This document shows positions 1 to 11,667 of a DNA stretch of 64,000 bases, one piece after another (the first letter of the stretch is position 1; every line of letters begins with the position of its first letter). The DNA lies in the NCBI GenBank assembly GCA_040758355.1, contig JBFLWF010000001.1, positions 64,001-128,000 of the forward strand, written 5' to 3'. The notes under the pieces were generated by a model. The model searched no databases. It saw only the letters and a list, made by a program, of their open reading frames with translations, and had not been told where the DNA came from. This stretch comes from Nitrospirota bacterium. GTDB lineage: Bacteria > Nitrospirota > Thermodesulfovibrionia > Thermodesulfovibrionales > Dissulfurispiraceae. Both the position numbers and the translations under genes were made by a program.

Positions 1-1214
1 TGGAAAAATATAAGTTCAATACTATAGAAGAGGCCCTCGAAGACATAGCAAAGGGCATGATGGTCATCCTCGTTGATGACGAAGACAGGGAAAACGAGGG
101 CGACCTCTGCATGGCTGCTGAAAAGATTACGCCGGAAGCCATAAACTTCATGGCAAAGCATGGCAGGGGGCTTATATGTCTTTCTTTAACGCCTCAGAGG
201 GTTGAAGATCTAAAGCTGCCGATGATGACCGATGCCAACACATCGTCATTCGGCACTGCATTTACAGTATCCATCGAGGCTAAAAAGGGCGTTACAACAG
301 GAATATCCGCCCATGACAGGGCAGTTACCATCCTCACAGCCATAAACCCCCAGACAAAGTCTGAAGACATCGCAAGGCCAGGACATGTATTTCCACTCAG
401 GGCAAAGCCCGGAGGAGTTCTGCAGCGGGCAGGGCAGACCGAGGGCTCTGTTGATCTTGCCAGGCTTGCAGGACTATATCCCGCTGGGGTTATATGCGAG
501 ATAATGAATGATGACGGGACAATGGCACGGGTTCCGCAACTGATGGAGTTTGCAGAAAGACATCGCATGAAAATCATAACAGTAAAAGACCTCATTCAGT
601 ACAGGATGAGGACAGAGAGGTTTGTAAGGAGGGTTGCTACTGTCCAGATGCCCACGGAATACGGAGGTGACTTTACAGCCATAGCATACGCCAATGATGT
701 TGATCCCAATGTTCATATAGCCCTTGTAAAGGGAGAAATCAAGCCCGAGGATAAGGTGCTTGTGAGGGTCCATTCCGAATGTCTTACAGGAGATGTATTT
801 GGCTCAAAGAGGTGCGACTGCGGAGACCAGTTGCACAAGGCAATGGATATGATAAGGAAAGAAGGCAAGGGCGTCATACTTTATATGAGGCAGGAAGGGC
901 GGGGCATAGGCCTTGCCAATAAACTGAAGGCTTACGAGCTTCAGGACAAAGGGCTCGATACCGTTGAGGCCAATATCAAACTCGGTTTTAAGCCTGACCT
1001 GCGGGACTATGGAATAGGCGCCCAGATACTTGTTGATCTCGGCGTTAGAAAGATGAAACTCATGACAAACAACCCCAAAAAGATAATAGGACTTGAAGGT
1101 TATGGGCTTAAGGTTGTTGAAAGGGTATCGGTAGAATCAAGTCCCCACGATAAAAACATCGTCTATCTGAAAACAAAGAAGAAGAAATTAGGGCATATGC
1201 TGGAGAATGTCTAA
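1..1214 (+). CDS. ribBA: Bifunctional 3,4-dihydroxy-2-butanone-4-phosphate synthase / GTP cyclohydrolase II; the start codon is probably cut by the window edge
   Basis: [10 protein letters not shown] (DHBP synthase) and [10 protein letters not shown]...RCDCG...QEGRGIGL (GCHII) motifs. The frame stays open upstream of 57 ((A)TG GAA AAA TAT...), so the start is probably one base before the window. Confidence 0.97.
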   Translation, partial: EKYKFNTIEEALEDIAKGMMVILVDDEDRENEGDLCMAAEKITPEAINFMAKHGRGLICLSLTPQRVEDLKLPMMTDANTSSFGTAFTVSIEAKKGVTTGISAHDRAVTILTAINPQTKSEDIARPGHVFPLRAKPGGVLQRAGQTEGSVDLARLAGLYPAGVICEIMNDDGTMARVPQLMEFAERHRMKIITVKDLIQYRMRTERFVRRVATVQMPTEYGGDFTAIAYANDVDPNVHIALVKGEIKPEDKVLVRVHSECLTGDVFGSKRCDCGDQLHKAMDMIRKEGKGVILYMRQEGRGIGLANKLKAYELQDKGLDTVEANIKLGFKPDLRDYGIGAQILVDLGVRKMKLMTNNPKKIIGLEGYGLKVVERVSVESSPHDKNIVYLKTKKKKLGHMLENV

Positions 1215-1224
1215 CAATAGTCGT

Positions 1225-1301
1225 TGGCGCGCCTGAGAGGATTCGAACCTCCGACCCTCGGCTCCGGAGGCCGATGCTCTAATCCACTGAGCTACAGGCG
1301 C
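1225..1301 (-). tRNA. tRNA-Arg(CCG)
   Basis: Reverse complement GCGCCTGTAGCTCAGTGGATTAGAGC...CT-CCG-GA...GGTTCGAATCC...GCGCGCCA; cloverleaf, CCA encoded. Confidence 0.96.
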
Positions 1302-1306
1302 AAATT

Positions 1307-1387
1307 CGTTATCCGTAATGCGTTATCGGTAATGGGTAAAAGGCTTTTAACTATATAATGAAAACTCATTACGCTTTACTCATCACG
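1307..1387. repeat. Inverted pair of imperfect 7-nt tandem arrays between two tRNA genes
   Basis: Left arm CGTTATC CGTAATG CGTTATC GGTAATG GGTAAAA; right arm CTCATTA CGCTTTA CTCATCA CG, roughly its reverse complement. Confidence 0.7.
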
Positions 1388-1392
1388 ATTTT

Positions 1393-1468
1393 TGGGGTGG
1401 GCGACGGGGATTGAACCCGCAACCACTGGAGCCACAGTCCAGTGCTCTGCCATTGAGCTACGCCCACC
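1393..1468 (-). tRNA. tRNA-His(GTG)
   Basis: Reverse complement GGTGGGCGTAGCTCAATGGCAGAGCACTGGACT-GTG-GCTCCAG...GGTTCAATCC...CCCCA; extra G-1 typical of tRNA-His. Confidence 0.96.
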
Positions 1469-1477
1469 GTTCGTATA

Positions 1478-1554
<77 letters not shown>

Positions 1555-1555
1555 A

Positions 1556-1633
<78 letters not shown>

Positions 1634-1642
1634 TAAACATTT

Positions 1643-1672
1643 AGAATACTAAAATGCCTTGATAAAAGTCAA
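1643..1672 (-). promoter_or_regulatory. Sigma70-type promoter of the tRNA Pro-Arg-His-Arg cluster
   Basis: TTGACT-N18-TATTCT just upstream of tRNA-Pro on the minus strand. Confidence 0.6.
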
Positions 1673-1754
1673 TTTTGAGCGCAACTACTATACCCGGATA
1701 GGTTTTTATAGCTGTTAAATGTTAAAATAAGCAAATAATTTTTGGAGGAATCAG

Positions 1755-2522
1755 ATGTTAAGCATGAAACATGTGGAGCCGGTGAGGCTTTCGCTGGATA
1801 CAAAATTCAAGTTCAGGTGCCATAAAGACATAGGCTGCTTTACAAAGTGCTGCAGCAATATCAATATAATGTTAACCCCATATGATATCGTGAGGCTAAA
1901 AAACAGACTGGGCATATCATCAGGCGAATTTTTGGCTAACCATACCTATGTAGAGATAGACGAGAAAACATCCCATCCCTTTGTATTTCTGAAAATGAGT
2001 GAAGATGCAGAAAGGAAGTGCCCCTTTGTAACGTCTGAGGGGTGCAACATATACACAGACAGACCTGCAAACTGCAGATACTATCCTGTTGGACAGGCTT
2101 CCTTGAAGAAGATGGATGATAAGATAAATGAACCAATCACCGAGGAGTTCTATTTCCTTATAAAGGAGCCCCACTGCCTCGGCTTCAACGAAGATTCGGA
2201 ATGGACGATAAAAAGCTGGAGGGACGATCAGGGAGTTGACGTCTATGACGATATGAACAGGGGATGGAAAGATATCCTGTTCAGGAGAAATCTCCCCGGC
2301 CATTCGTTGGATGAAAAGAAACAAAAGGCATTTTATATGGCCTGCTACGATGTCGACAGATTCAGGAGATTTGTGTTCGAGAGCAAGTTCCTTGAGATGT
2401 TTGATATAGATGAAAAGACCTTAGAAAGAATAAAAAATGACGAGACCGAATTGATGAAATTCGGGTTTGAATACACGAAGTATATACTGATGATGGAAGA
2501 GACGCTGAAAACAAAGAAGTAA
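1755..2522 (+). CDS. YkgJ-family (CxxCxxCC) cysteine-cluster protein
   Basis: FRCHKDIGCFTKCC, CPFV...GCNIYTDRPANCRYYP motifs; GGAGG RBS. Confidence 0.85.
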   Translation: MLSMKHVEPVRLSLDTKFKFRCHKDIGCFTKCCSNINIMLTPYDIVRLKNRLGISSGEFLANHTYVEIDEKTSHPFVFLKMSEDAERKCPFVTSEGCNIYTDRPANCRYYPVGQASLKKMDDKINEPITEEFYFLIKEPHCLGFNEDSEWTIKSWRDDQGVDVYDDMNRGWKDILFRRNLPGHSLDEKKQKAFYMACYDVDRFRRFVFESKFLEMFDIDEKTLERIKNDETELMKFGFEYTKYILMMEETLKTKK

Positions 2523-2529
2523 CACTCCA

Positions 2530-3558
2530 TTACTCCACTCTATACCGTGCTTTTAGCTGCCCGCAGGCAGCGAGGATATCCTGCCCCTTACTCTTTCTTA
2601 TTAAGGCAGTGATATGGCCTTTAAGGAGTATCTTCTGGAAGTTTAAAACCCGCGCATCCTCTGGCCTCTCAAACTCGGAGCCTTCATAGGGATTGAATGG
2701 TATAAGGTTTACCTTTGATGGTATCCCTTTCAAAAGATTTATGAGCCTTCTTGCATCTTCAGGCGTATCATTGATATTTTTCAGCATCACATATTCAAAG
2801 GTTATCCTTCTCCTCGGAGGCAGGGGAAATTTACGGCATGCAGTTAACAATTCTTTAAGTGGATAGGTCTTATTTATGGGCATAATATAATCCCTCACAT
2901 TATCTGTTGTCGCATTAAGTGATATTGCCAAATTTACCGCAGGTGCTTTTTTCGGAAGCTCAAGAATCTTTGGAACAATGCCGGATGTGGAAAGGGTTAT
3001 TCTCCTCGGAGATATTTTCATAAATTCTGTGATCCTCCATAAGGCATCTACAACATTATCAAAATTCGCCAGAGGCTCTCCCATGCCCATTAATACGATG
3101 TTTGTGATTTGTCTTGGTTTTATAGTTCTACTTACAGATATTATCTGATCGACAATTTCATGCGATTTGAGATTTCTCTTAAGCCCCAATTTGCCTGTAA
3201 GACAGAATCTGCAATCCATTGCACAGCCTACCTGCGATGAAATACAGAGGGTTAATCGGTCTTCATCAGGAATAAGAACACTCTCTATGGTCTCAGCGTC
3301 TTCAAGGCCAAAAAGGAATTTCTCTGTACCGTCCTCAGAAACCTGCCTGCCAAGCAGTTCAAGATTGCTTATGTATGCATTCTCCGAAAGTTTTTCTCTC
3401 AGGTCTTTTGATAGTTCCGTAATCTCATGGATCGAACCGGCATATTTTCCGTATATCCAGTGCAGGATCTGTTTTGCCCTGAATGCAGGCAGGCCTGATT
3501 TTTTAATGAATGATTCCAATTCCTGCTTTGATAATGACTTGAGGTTGATTTTTTTCAT
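2530..3558 (-). CDS. rlmN: 23S rRNA (A2503-C2)/tRNA methyltransferase RlmN (radical SAM)
   Basis: CISSQVGCAMDCRFC, MGMGEP and C-terminal AACGQL motifs. Confidence 0.97.
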   Translation of the reverse strand: MKKINLKSLSKQELESFIKKSGLPAFRAKQILHWIYGKYAGSIHEITELSKDLREKLSENAYISNLELLGRQVSEDGTEKFLFGLEDAETIESVLIPDEDRLTLCISSQVGCAMDCRFCLTGKLGLKRNLKSHEIVDQIISVSRTIKPRQITNIVLMGMGEPLANFDNVVDALWRITEFMKISPRRITLSTSGIVPKILELPKKAPAVNLAISLNATTDNVRDYIMPINKTYPLKELLTACRKFPLPPRRRITFEYVMLKNINDTPEDARRLINLLKGIPSKVNLIPFNPYEGSEFERPEDARVLNFQKILLKGHITALIRKSKGQDILAACGQLKARYRVE

Positions 3559-3592
3559 TACATATTATAACAGCTTTCTGTGGACAGAGAAT

Positions 3593-3621
3593 TTGACAAG
3601 TCCGAAATCATCTGATATAGA
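3593..3621 (+). promoter_or_regulatory. Sigma70-type promoter for the 3656-5700 operon
   Basis: TTGACA-N17-TATAGA with an upstream TG. Confidence 0.55.
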
Positions 3622-3655
3622 TTATTTATCTTCTTGATCTTGTGGGGGAGGCGGG

Positions 3656-4618
3656 ATGGACATAGAATTCCACTATTACATTACCTATATTATCGCTTTG
3701 AGGGCCGGATTCAGGCACGACGATGCCCATATCATAGCTTATTCCTCCCAGTATGTGGATGACAACAACACAATATATGAGATCTCTGACGACAACGGCA
3801 ACATATACCAGAACTACATAAGTCAGACAATGAATATCCTTAAGCCGAAGAAAGAGCTAATGCGCATATATCCGATCTTCCATTTTATGCCCGGAATTAC
3901 AGAGGACATTACCGGAGATTCATCCCGGCGCTGCGATGGCAAGCTTCACCTTTTAAATACAATACCCGACAACCAGAACGCCCAGAGACTTCTTCAGACA
4001 GCCTTTGATTCCAATGATCCATACCGCATAGGGATTGCGACCCATATGTATTCCGACACATTTGCGCACCAGAACTTTGTCGGCTATTATGATGCATTTA
4101 ATTCAATGGCAGGGCTTCTTGAGGCAGCCTCTCCAGATATAGGGCATGCGGATGCAAAACATAGCCCTGATTGGCCTGCCCTTAAATGGAAGGACGAGCG
4201 GCTTATTCCGAGCCATTCGGAGATTGACAACAAAAAACGCTTTATCGAGGCAGCAGGATTCCTGTTTGACAGGTATTGCTCATTTACAGGCTCAAAAGCT
4301 CAGGACAGAGGAAGCCTGATGGCTGAACTGGACAAGGCCATTGGAGAATATAACGAGATGAACGAGCAGAGAGATATTCGCATAGACCGTTATAAGACCA
4401 TTATCGGAGAAGGCTTTATCGATTATGACGCAGATGCATGGTTTAAGGAGGCTGTCAGCAAAAGGATAGGTTTTTTTAAGTGGAACTACAAATCAAAGGA
4501 GAATTTTCAGGAAAGCCGCTGGTTTAAGTTCCATGAGGCGGTTAAGGCCCATCAAAAAGAAGCAAAGGACGTGGTGCTCAAACCGGTCTTTGATAGTATG
4601 GAGCTTAAAAATTTATGA
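3656..4618 (+). CDS. DUF6765-like protein, putative zinc-dependent hydrolase (phospholipase C/P1-like His/Asp pattern)
   Basis: N-terminal MDIEFHYY...AYSSQYVDD, HMYSDTFAHQNF and GHADAxHxPD; family assignment from recognition, not from a search. Confidence 0.6.
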   Translation: MDIEFHYYITYIIALRAGFRHDDAHIIAYSSQYVDDNNTIYEISDDNGNIYQNYISQTMNILKPKKELMRIYPIFHFMPGITEDITGDSSRRCDGKLHLLNTIPDNQNAQRLLQTAFDSNDPYRIGIATHMYSDTFAHQNFVGYYDAFNSMAGLLEAASPDIGHADAKHSPDWPALKWKDERLIPSHSEIDNKKRFIEAAGFLFDRYCSFTGSKAQDRGSLMAELDKAIGEYNEMNEQRDIRIDRYKTIIGEGFIDYDADAWFKEAVSKRIGFFKWNYKSKENFQESRWFKFHEAVKAHQKEAKDVVLKPVFDSMELKNL

Positions 4619-5700
4619 AGATAGACATGCACTTTCATTTTACGGGCAATGGCAAGGACATCGATAATATCGAAGATGATGTTTATTTCAATCCCGATGA
4701 TAACAACCTCTTTTTTACAAGGGTCCTATATAATCTGGTCGAGGAAGACCTGATAAGAATGGAGGCTGATTTAGACCGGGACGGGCAAATATCCACAAAA
4801 GAATATCTTGAATTGTGTTACAGGATTCTCGCCGCCTCAGAAGAGATCGAAGGCGTTGTCTTACTCGGGCTTGATGCAGTATATAATCCGAAATCAGGGG
4901 AGCTAGATGAAAAAAGAACAGATCTCTGGGTCTCGAATAAATTCCTGTCGAAAAAGACAAAGGAATTAAATAACCGCCTCGATAAAGAATCCGATCCAAA
5001 GAAGAGGGCAAAAAGATTTTTTTACGGGGCATCAGTAAGCCCTAATCGAAAGGACTGGGAGGAAGAGCTTGATCATGTCCTAAAAGACCCTGATGCAGTC
5101 CTTATCAAGCTTATTCCCTCAACGCAGCATATTACACTCATGGATATTAATCACACCCGGTTTTATGAGGCATTGGCAAAAAACAATATGCCTTTGCTTT
5201 GTCATGTCGGGCCTGAGTATTCCTTCCCTGAAGGCATCAGGGAGAACCGCAGGGATAACTTCAGATATCTTAGAAGGCCGCTTGAATGCGGAGTAATGGT
5301 AATAGCAGCCCACTGCGCTACGCCTGTATTCCCGATTATCGACAAAAACGAGATTAAAGAATTCCATGCATTAATGAAGGATGCAAACTCAGGAGGCAGA
5401 ATACAGCTTTTTGGAGACACCTCAGCCCTTTGTCTTTCAACGAGGATTCCTGTCATTCAGGAGATACTCGATACATTGCCGTCCCAATGGCTTGTTCACG
5501 GCTCTGATTTTCCTATCCCTATAGACGGATGGGCGCACCTTCCTTATGTAACGGCTGACGTGGATGTGGAGGAATATATCCGGATACAAAAAACAAAGAA
5601 TCCCCTCGACAAGGATGTGCGGATCAAGCGTGCCTGCGGTTTTCCGGACACAATAATCGAAGGCTCTGAGAAGGTGCTCAGGCTGCCTGAAAGATTGTAG
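4615..5700 (+). CDS. Amidohydrolase-family (TIM-barrel) metallo-hydrolase with an EF-hand-like loop
   Basis: IDMHFH, LCHVGPE, AAHCA and HGSDFP motifs; ATGA overlap with the upstream gene. Confidence 0.8.
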   Translation: MKIDMHFHFTGNGKDIDNIEDDVYFNPDDNNLFFTRVLYNLVEEDLIRMEADLDRDGQISTKEYLELCYRILAASEEIEGVVLLGLDAVYNPKSGELDEKRTDLWVSNKFLSKKTKELNNRLDKESDPKKRAKRFFYGASVSPNRKDWEEELDHVLKDPDAVLIKLIPSTQHITLMDINHTRFYEALAKNNMPLLCHVGPEYSFPEGIRENRRDNFRYLRRPLECGVMVIAAHCATPVFPIIDKNEIKEFHALMKDANSGGRIQLFGDTSALCLSTRIPVIQEILDTLPSQWLVHGSDFPIPIDGWAHLPYVTADVDVEEYIRIQKTKNPLDKDVRIKRACGFPDTIIEGSEKVLRLPERL

Positions 5701-5799
5701 AATGTATGCCCTTAATTTCTCTGTTATAATAAAAAAGTTAGATGGGAGGCTGCCCATGTTTTAACCTGCCCTGGTGCAAAAGAGCGAATATTTTTGATT

Positions 5800-6012
5800 T
5801 TAAGCAAAGATAAGTCTTTCACCTTTAGGCTCAGGTATGGGATCGCCAAACTCCTTAGCGGTATCAAGCCATAATTGAATTGCTTCTTTAGCATTTTTTA
5901 ATGCCTTTTCAGGAGTTTCTCCATGAGCCATACAGCCGGGGAGTTCAGGCACTTCCGCTATAAAAGCATTGTCTTCATTGCTCCAGTAAATAATAATCTC
6001 ATATTTATACAT
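5800..6012 (-). CDS. hicB: HicB-family antitoxin (short form)
   Basis: YEIIIYWSNED...AEVPELPGCMAHGETPEKAL...IPEP; GGAGGG RBS before the ATG at 6012. Confidence 0.9.
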   Translation of the reverse strand: MYKYEIIIYWSNEDNAFIAEVPELPGCMAHGETPEKALKNAKEAIQLWLDTAKEFGDPIPEPKGERLIFA

Positions 6013-6265
6013 CAATTGTCCCTCCGAGTTTATATTTTACTATAATATTCCTTACTTGTTTAACCTGATAAGCTTTTGCCATGTTGCCATCACGCTGAAG
6101 ATTAATTTTTTCTATAATCATTTCTTTTCTGAATATGTGATGGCTGCCTTTAACCCTCATATCGAAACCCAAATGTTTTAGCAGGCTGCATAAATCTTCA
6201 AATTGAATATTTGCATCTGAGGTACCGCTTAAAATTTTTAGTAAAAGCTTTTCATATTTACTCAT
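6005..6265 (-). CDS. hicA: HicA-family mRNA interferase toxin
   Basis: LGFDMRVKGSHHIF...AKAYQVKQV; directly upstream of and overlapping hicB. Confidence 0.9.
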   Translation of the reverse strand: MSKYEKLLLKILSGTSDANIQFEDLCSLLKHLGFDMRVKGSHHIFRKEMIIEKINLQRDGNMAKAYQVKQVRNIIVKYKLGGTIDV

Positions 6266-6378
6266 TGATACATTTTACCAGAAATTAAGATTTTTCTTTT
6301 TCTATTGTCTACGCCTGAAATCGGTTTATAAAAACAGAAATGGGTCAAGAGGATCAGGTCTGCTACTTATTTTGATTA

Positions 6379-6882
6379 TTATGTGTTATTTTCAAAATCC
6401 TTCTTCCATTTATTGATTGCTTCCTTTACCTGCTTTGACTTAGCCCAGTGAGTACGGCCAAAGTAATCACTTATGCCTATATGGGACCATCCGTTTTTCA
6501 ACATGCACTTTGCATCATAAGGAAAGAGAAGATCAAATTTTGCTCCAACCTCCAGCTTATAAGGCAACTGGCCACTTAATGGGTTTGTATAGTCATGTAT
6601 AACTACGGCATATTTTTCTTTGCGTAATAGCCACCTCCACCATGAACTATCTTTCATCTGTACCATGCTGAGGGTGACAGAACCCGGGCCATGGTTGGTC
6701 GCTGTAATGTTTACATATTCTGGTCGAGATGGATTCCCCTCTTGAATTAGAGTTCTGACCCCAAAGCCGATTTTTATTTTAGCTTTAAGAACTACATCGC
6801 GATAGATATTTCATCCAAGCGAAAGACCTGCTATTGCAACTGAAATAATACTAATGATTATCGCAAGTTCTGCTGATGTCAT
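6379..6882 (-). pseudogene. Membrane-anchored hypothetical protein interrupted by an in-frame TGA at codon 24
   Basis: ATG at 6882 reads MTSAELAIIISIISVAIAGLSLG*NIYRDVVLKAKIKIGF... and continues in frame into the listed ORF 6379..6666; TGA at 6811-6813. Confidence 0.75.
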
Positions 6883-6931
6883 TTCTATTTATAGATAATA
6901 TCCATTTTTATATTTATTTGCATTTGATAAC

Positions 6932-6960
6932 ATTTTATCCGGCAGGCACTATGCAGTCAA
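6932..6960 (-). promoter_or_regulatory. Sigma70-type promoter
   Basis: TTGACT-N17-TAAAAT on the minus strand, upstream of the 6882 start. Confidence 0.6.
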
Positions 6961-7023
6961 GTTTTTGATTCTATAGTGTTGTTTGTGGGGAGAGGAAATA
7001 TCGATAACTATTCAGATGAAGAT

Positions 7024-7054
7024 AAAAAGGGGGGACTTGCGTCCCCCCTTTTTT
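7024..7054. terminator. Bidirectional hairpin/terminator after ahcY; REP-like family copy 1
   Basis: AAAAAGGGGGGAC-TTGC-GTCCCCCCTTTTT. Confidence 0.8.
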
Positions 7055-7063
7055 GAGGTTTAA

Positions 7064-8323
<1,260 letters not shown>

Positions 8324-8336
8324 CTATCCTCCTTGT

Positions 8337-8376
8337 GCAAAAGGGGGACTATCCGTCCCCCTTTTGAAATCCCTCT
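8337..8376 (-). repeat. REP-like hairpin copy 2 (between metK and ahcY)
   Basis: Minus strand AGAGGGATTTC-AAAAGGGGGAC-GGATA-GTCCCCCTTTTGC. Confidence 0.7.
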
Positions 8377-8383
8377 GATATTT

Positions 8384-9538
8384 TTATGCACCGGCGGCTT
8401 TCTTCAGAGTGCCAGCCATGTCTGTCTTTTCCCACGTGAATCCTTCCTCGTTCCTTCCGAAATGGCCGTAGGCCGCTGTCTTTTTGTATATTGGTTTTCT
8501 CAGATCGAGCTTTGTGATAATACCCTTTGGCGTCATATCAAAGTTTTTCACTATGAGTTTTGATATTTCTGAATCGGCTATTTTGCCTGTACCAAATGTG
8601 TCTACAAAAACAGATACAGGCTCAGGCACACCAATGGCATAGGCAAGCTGTATCTCGCATCTCGCTGCTATCCCTGATGCTACAATATTCTTGGCAATAT
8701 ACCTTGCCATGTAGGATGCGGACCTGTCGACCTTTGAAGGGTCTTTGCCTGAAAAGCATCCGCCGCCGTGGCTTCCGACTCCGCCGTATGTATCGACTAT
8801 AATCTTTCTGCCTGTCAATCCCGTATCACCCTGGGGGCCGCCAATGACAAACCTCCCTGTTGGGTTAATGTGATAAACAACACTCTCCTCATCGAGAAGC
8901 TCCGGAGGAATGACAGGCTTTACAACCTTCTCTATAATGTCCTCCCTCATCTCTTTTAAAGTGATGTCAGGGCTGTGCTGGGAGGATATGACGACTGTGC
9001 GAACCTTATATGGCTTGCCATCTTTATACTCAATGGATACCTGTGATTTGCCGTCAGGACGGAGATATCCGAGGACATCCTTCTTTCTCGCCTCTGTTAA
9101 TTTCCTCGTAAGCTTGTGTGCAAGCATAATGGTCATGGGCATTAGTTCAGGTGTTTCATCGCAGGCAAACCCGAACATCAAGCCCTGGTCTCCAGCCCCT
9201 CCGACATCAACACCCATAGCAATATCAGAGGACTGCTTGTCGATGGATGTAATTACTGCACATGTCTCATAATCAAAACCGTATTTAGCCCTTGTATAGC
9301 CAATATCCTTTATTGTCTCTCTGACTATGTCTGGTATATGAACATAACAACTTGTTGTTATTTCTCCTGCAACAAATGCCAGCCCTGTTGTGACAAGGCA
9401 TTCGCAGGCAACCCTTGCTATAGGGTCTTGAGCCAGAATCGCATCCAGTATTGCATCAGATATCTGGTCTGCAATCTTGTCAGGATGCCCTTCTGTAACA
9501 GACTCAGAAGTAAATAGAAAATCCCTGCCATTTGCCAT
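8384..9538 (-). CDS. metK: S-adenosylmethionine synthetase
   Basis: [19 protein letters not shown] and GGGCFSGKD motifs. Confidence 0.98.
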   Translation of the reverse strand: MANGRDFLFTSESVTEGHPDKIADQISDAILDAILAQDPIARVACECLVTTGLAFVAGEITTSCYVHIPDIVRETIKDIGYTRAKYGFDYETCAVITSIDKQSSDIAMGVDVGGAGDQGLMFGFACDETPELMPMTIMLAHKLTRKLTEARKKDVLGYLRPDGKSQVSIEYKDGKPYKVRTVVISSQHSPDITLKEMREDIIEKVVKPVIPPELLDEESVVYHINPTGRFVIGGPQGDTGLTGRKIIVDTYGGVGSHGGGCFSGKDPSKVDRSASYMARYIAKNIVASGIAARCEIQLAYAIGVPEPVSVFVDTFGTGKIADSEISKLIVKNFDMTPKGIITKLDLRKPIYKKTAAYGHFGRNEEGFTWEKTDMAGTLKKAAGA

Positions 9539-9553
9539 GATTCACCTCCAAAT

Positions 9554-10567
9554 TTATTTAATCAATTCTTCTGCTATCTGCACTGCATTTAATGCCGCGC
9601 CTTTTCTTAAGTTATCCGAAACAACCCACATGTTTATTCCATTATCGATTGACTCGTCTTCCCTGATCCTTCCTACATACACAGGGTCCTTGCCAGCCAC
9701 CTCGATTGGCAAGGGATACACATTTTTCTCAGGCGCATCGAATACCACAATGCCCGGCGCCTTTGAAAGTATGGAGCGCACTTCATTGGACGTTATCTTT
9801 TTTTCGGTCTCTATATTTACGGACTCCGAATGTCCCCTGAATACAGGCACTCTTACGGTTGTTGCAGTAACTCTTATAGAAGTGTCTCCCATTATCTTTT
9901 TGGTCTCGTTAACCATCTTCATCTCTTCTTTTGTGTAGCCGTTTTCAAGGAACTTATCTATATGTGGCAGCACATTAAATGCTATCTGGTGCGGGTAGAC
10001 ATTTTTCTGTATCTCCCTGAAGTTCAACATGTCTGTTGTCTGCTGCAAAAGTTCATCCATCGCCTTTTTGCCTGTTCCAGATACTGCCTGAAATGTTGTA
10101 ACCACGACCCTCTTTATCCTTGCAGCATCGTGTATTGGCTTTAATGCAACTACCATCTGTATGGTTGAGCAGTTTGGATTTGCGATAATGCCCTTATGCC
10201 ACTTCAGGTCATGGGCATTCACTTCAGGGACAACAAGCGGAACCTCTGGGTCCATCCTCCACTGGCTTGAATTGTCGACAACCACACACCCTGATTTTGC
10301 TGCAATGGGCGCCCATATCTTTGACCTTTCAGCACCAGCAGAGAACAATGCAATGTCTATCCCCTTGAATGAATCCTCTTTCAGGCTTTCCACAGGGATT
10401 TCGCTGCCTTCGAACTGGAGCGTCTTTCCTTCAGACCTTTCTGATGCAAAGAGCCTGAGTTTTTCTACAGGAAATTTCCTCTCCTCCAGCACAGCAATCA
10501 TCTCATTGCCCACTGCACCGGTAGCGCCAACAACAGCTACTACATACTTATCTTTCTTCTTTAACAT
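9554..10567 (-). CDS. asd: Aspartate-semialdehyde dehydrogenase
   Basis: VGATGAVG, NPNCST, RVPVFRGHSE and DNLRKGAALN motifs. Confidence 0.97.
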   Translation of the reverse strand: MLKKKDKYVVAVVGATGAVGNEMIAVLEERKFPVEKLRLFASERSEGKTLQFEGSEIPVESLKEDSFKGIDIALFSAGAERSKIWAPIAAKSGCVVVDNSSQWRMDPEVPLVVPEVNAHDLKWHKGIIANPNCSTIQMVVALKPIHDAARIKRVVVTTFQAVSGTGKKAMDELLQQTTDMLNFREIQKNVYPHQIAFNVLPHIDKFLENGYTKEEMKMVNETKKIMGDTSIRVTATTVRVPVFRGHSESVNIETEKKITSNEVRSILSKAPGIVVFDAPEKNVYPLPIEVAGKDPVYVGRIREDESIDNGINMWVVSDNLRKGAALNAVQIAEELIK

Positions 10568-10599
10568 CTTCTTGCTCCTTTACTTCTCTTTATCCTAAA

Positions 10600-11667
10600 T
10601 TACAATTTGCTTACATAATTTGCGACCAGGTCTCCAACCTCTGTGGTCGATAATCCCATCTTTCCTGCAGCGAGGCTCTTAATGTGTTTGCCTGTCACTT
10701 CCATGACCGCTTTTTCGATTATTTTCCCTGCCCTGTCCTCTCCGAGGTGCTCAAGCATCATGCCTCCTGCACATATCGCTGCCAGTGGATTGATGATGTT
10801 TTTACCCTTGTATTTTGGTGCAGAGCCGCCTATAGGCTCAAACATGGAAACGCCTTCAGGATTTATATTCCCTCCTGCGGCAATACCCATGCCTCCCTGT
10901 ATCATTGCACCCAGATCGGTAATGATGTCTCCAAACATATTGTCCGTGACTATCACATCAAACCATTCAGGGTTTTTCACAAACCACATGGTTATGGCAT
11001 CCACATGGGCATAATCAACCTCTATCTCGGAATATTCCTTTGCAACCTCATAAAATGTCCTTTCCCACAGATCAAAGGCATATGTGAGGACATTGGTCTT
11101 TCCGCATAAGGTGAGCTTGTTCATCTTATGTCTCTTTTTGCAGTATTCAAAGGCATACCTGATGCAGCGTTCCACGCCCTTTCTCGTATTTATCGACTCC
11201 TGAACAGCAACTTCGTCAGGGGTTCCTTTTTTAAGCACTCCTCCTGCACCTGCGTAAAGCCCTTCTGTGTTTTCCCTCACAACAACAAAATCAATATGCT
11301 CGGGGCCCTTGTCTTTTAAAGGGCATTCAACACCGGGATAAAGCTTGACCGGCCTCAGATTCACATACTGGTCGAGCTCGAACCTCAATCTTAATAAAAT
11401 GCCCTTCTCCAGAATCCCCGGCTTAACATCAGGATGCCCGATTGCACCGAGATATATTGCGTTATATTTTCTGAGTTCATCAATTGCACTGGCAGGAAGG
11501 ATTTCTCCTGTCCTCAAATACCTGTCTCCTCCGAAATCAAAATGATTGAAATTCAGTTTGAAGCCGAATCTTGATGATGCGGCATTCAGGACCTTTATTC
11601 CTTCGGCTATAACCTCTGGCCCTGTACCGTCTCCGGCTATTACCGCAATTTCAAATGATCTTTTCAT
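10600..11667 (-). CDS. leuB: 3-isopropylmalate dehydrogenase
   Basis: [16 protein letters not shown] and FEPIGGSAP motifs; probable start MKRSFEI at 11667 overlaps the leuD stop (ATGA). Confidence 0.92.
   Translation of the reverse strand: MKRSFEIAVIAGDGTGPEVIAEGIKVLNAASSRFGFKLNFNHFDFGGDRYLRTGEILPASAIDELRKYNAIYLGAIGHPDVKPGILEKGILLRLRFELDQYVNLRPVKLYPGVECPLKDKGPEHIDFVVVRENTEGLYAGAGGVLKKGTPDEVAVQESINTRKGVERCIRYAFEYCKKRHKMNKLTLCGKTNVLTYAFDLWERTFYEVAKEYSEIEVDYAHVDAITMWFVKNPEWFDVIVTDNMFGDIITDLGAMIQGGMGIAAGGNINPEGVSMFEPIGGSAPKYKGKNIINPLAAICAGGMMLEHLGEDRAGKIIEKAVMEVTGKHIKSLAAGKMGLSTTEVGDLVANYVSKL

Noticed and set aside
5722..5800. TGT-TATAAT plus GGGAGG plus ATG-TTT-TAA mini-ORF facing hicB
   Set aside because: It could be a gene-start relic or an antisense promoter, but it is too short to distinguish from chance.
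6338..6368. GGGTCAAG...GGATCAGGTCT motif resembling ends of small mobile repeats
   Set aside because: Single degenerate occurrence with no inverted partner in the window.
6811..6850. Selenocysteine or genetic-code reassignment at the in-frame TGA
   Set aside because: No redox-motif context, no convincing SECIS hairpin by eye, and TGA is the normal stop of many genes here.
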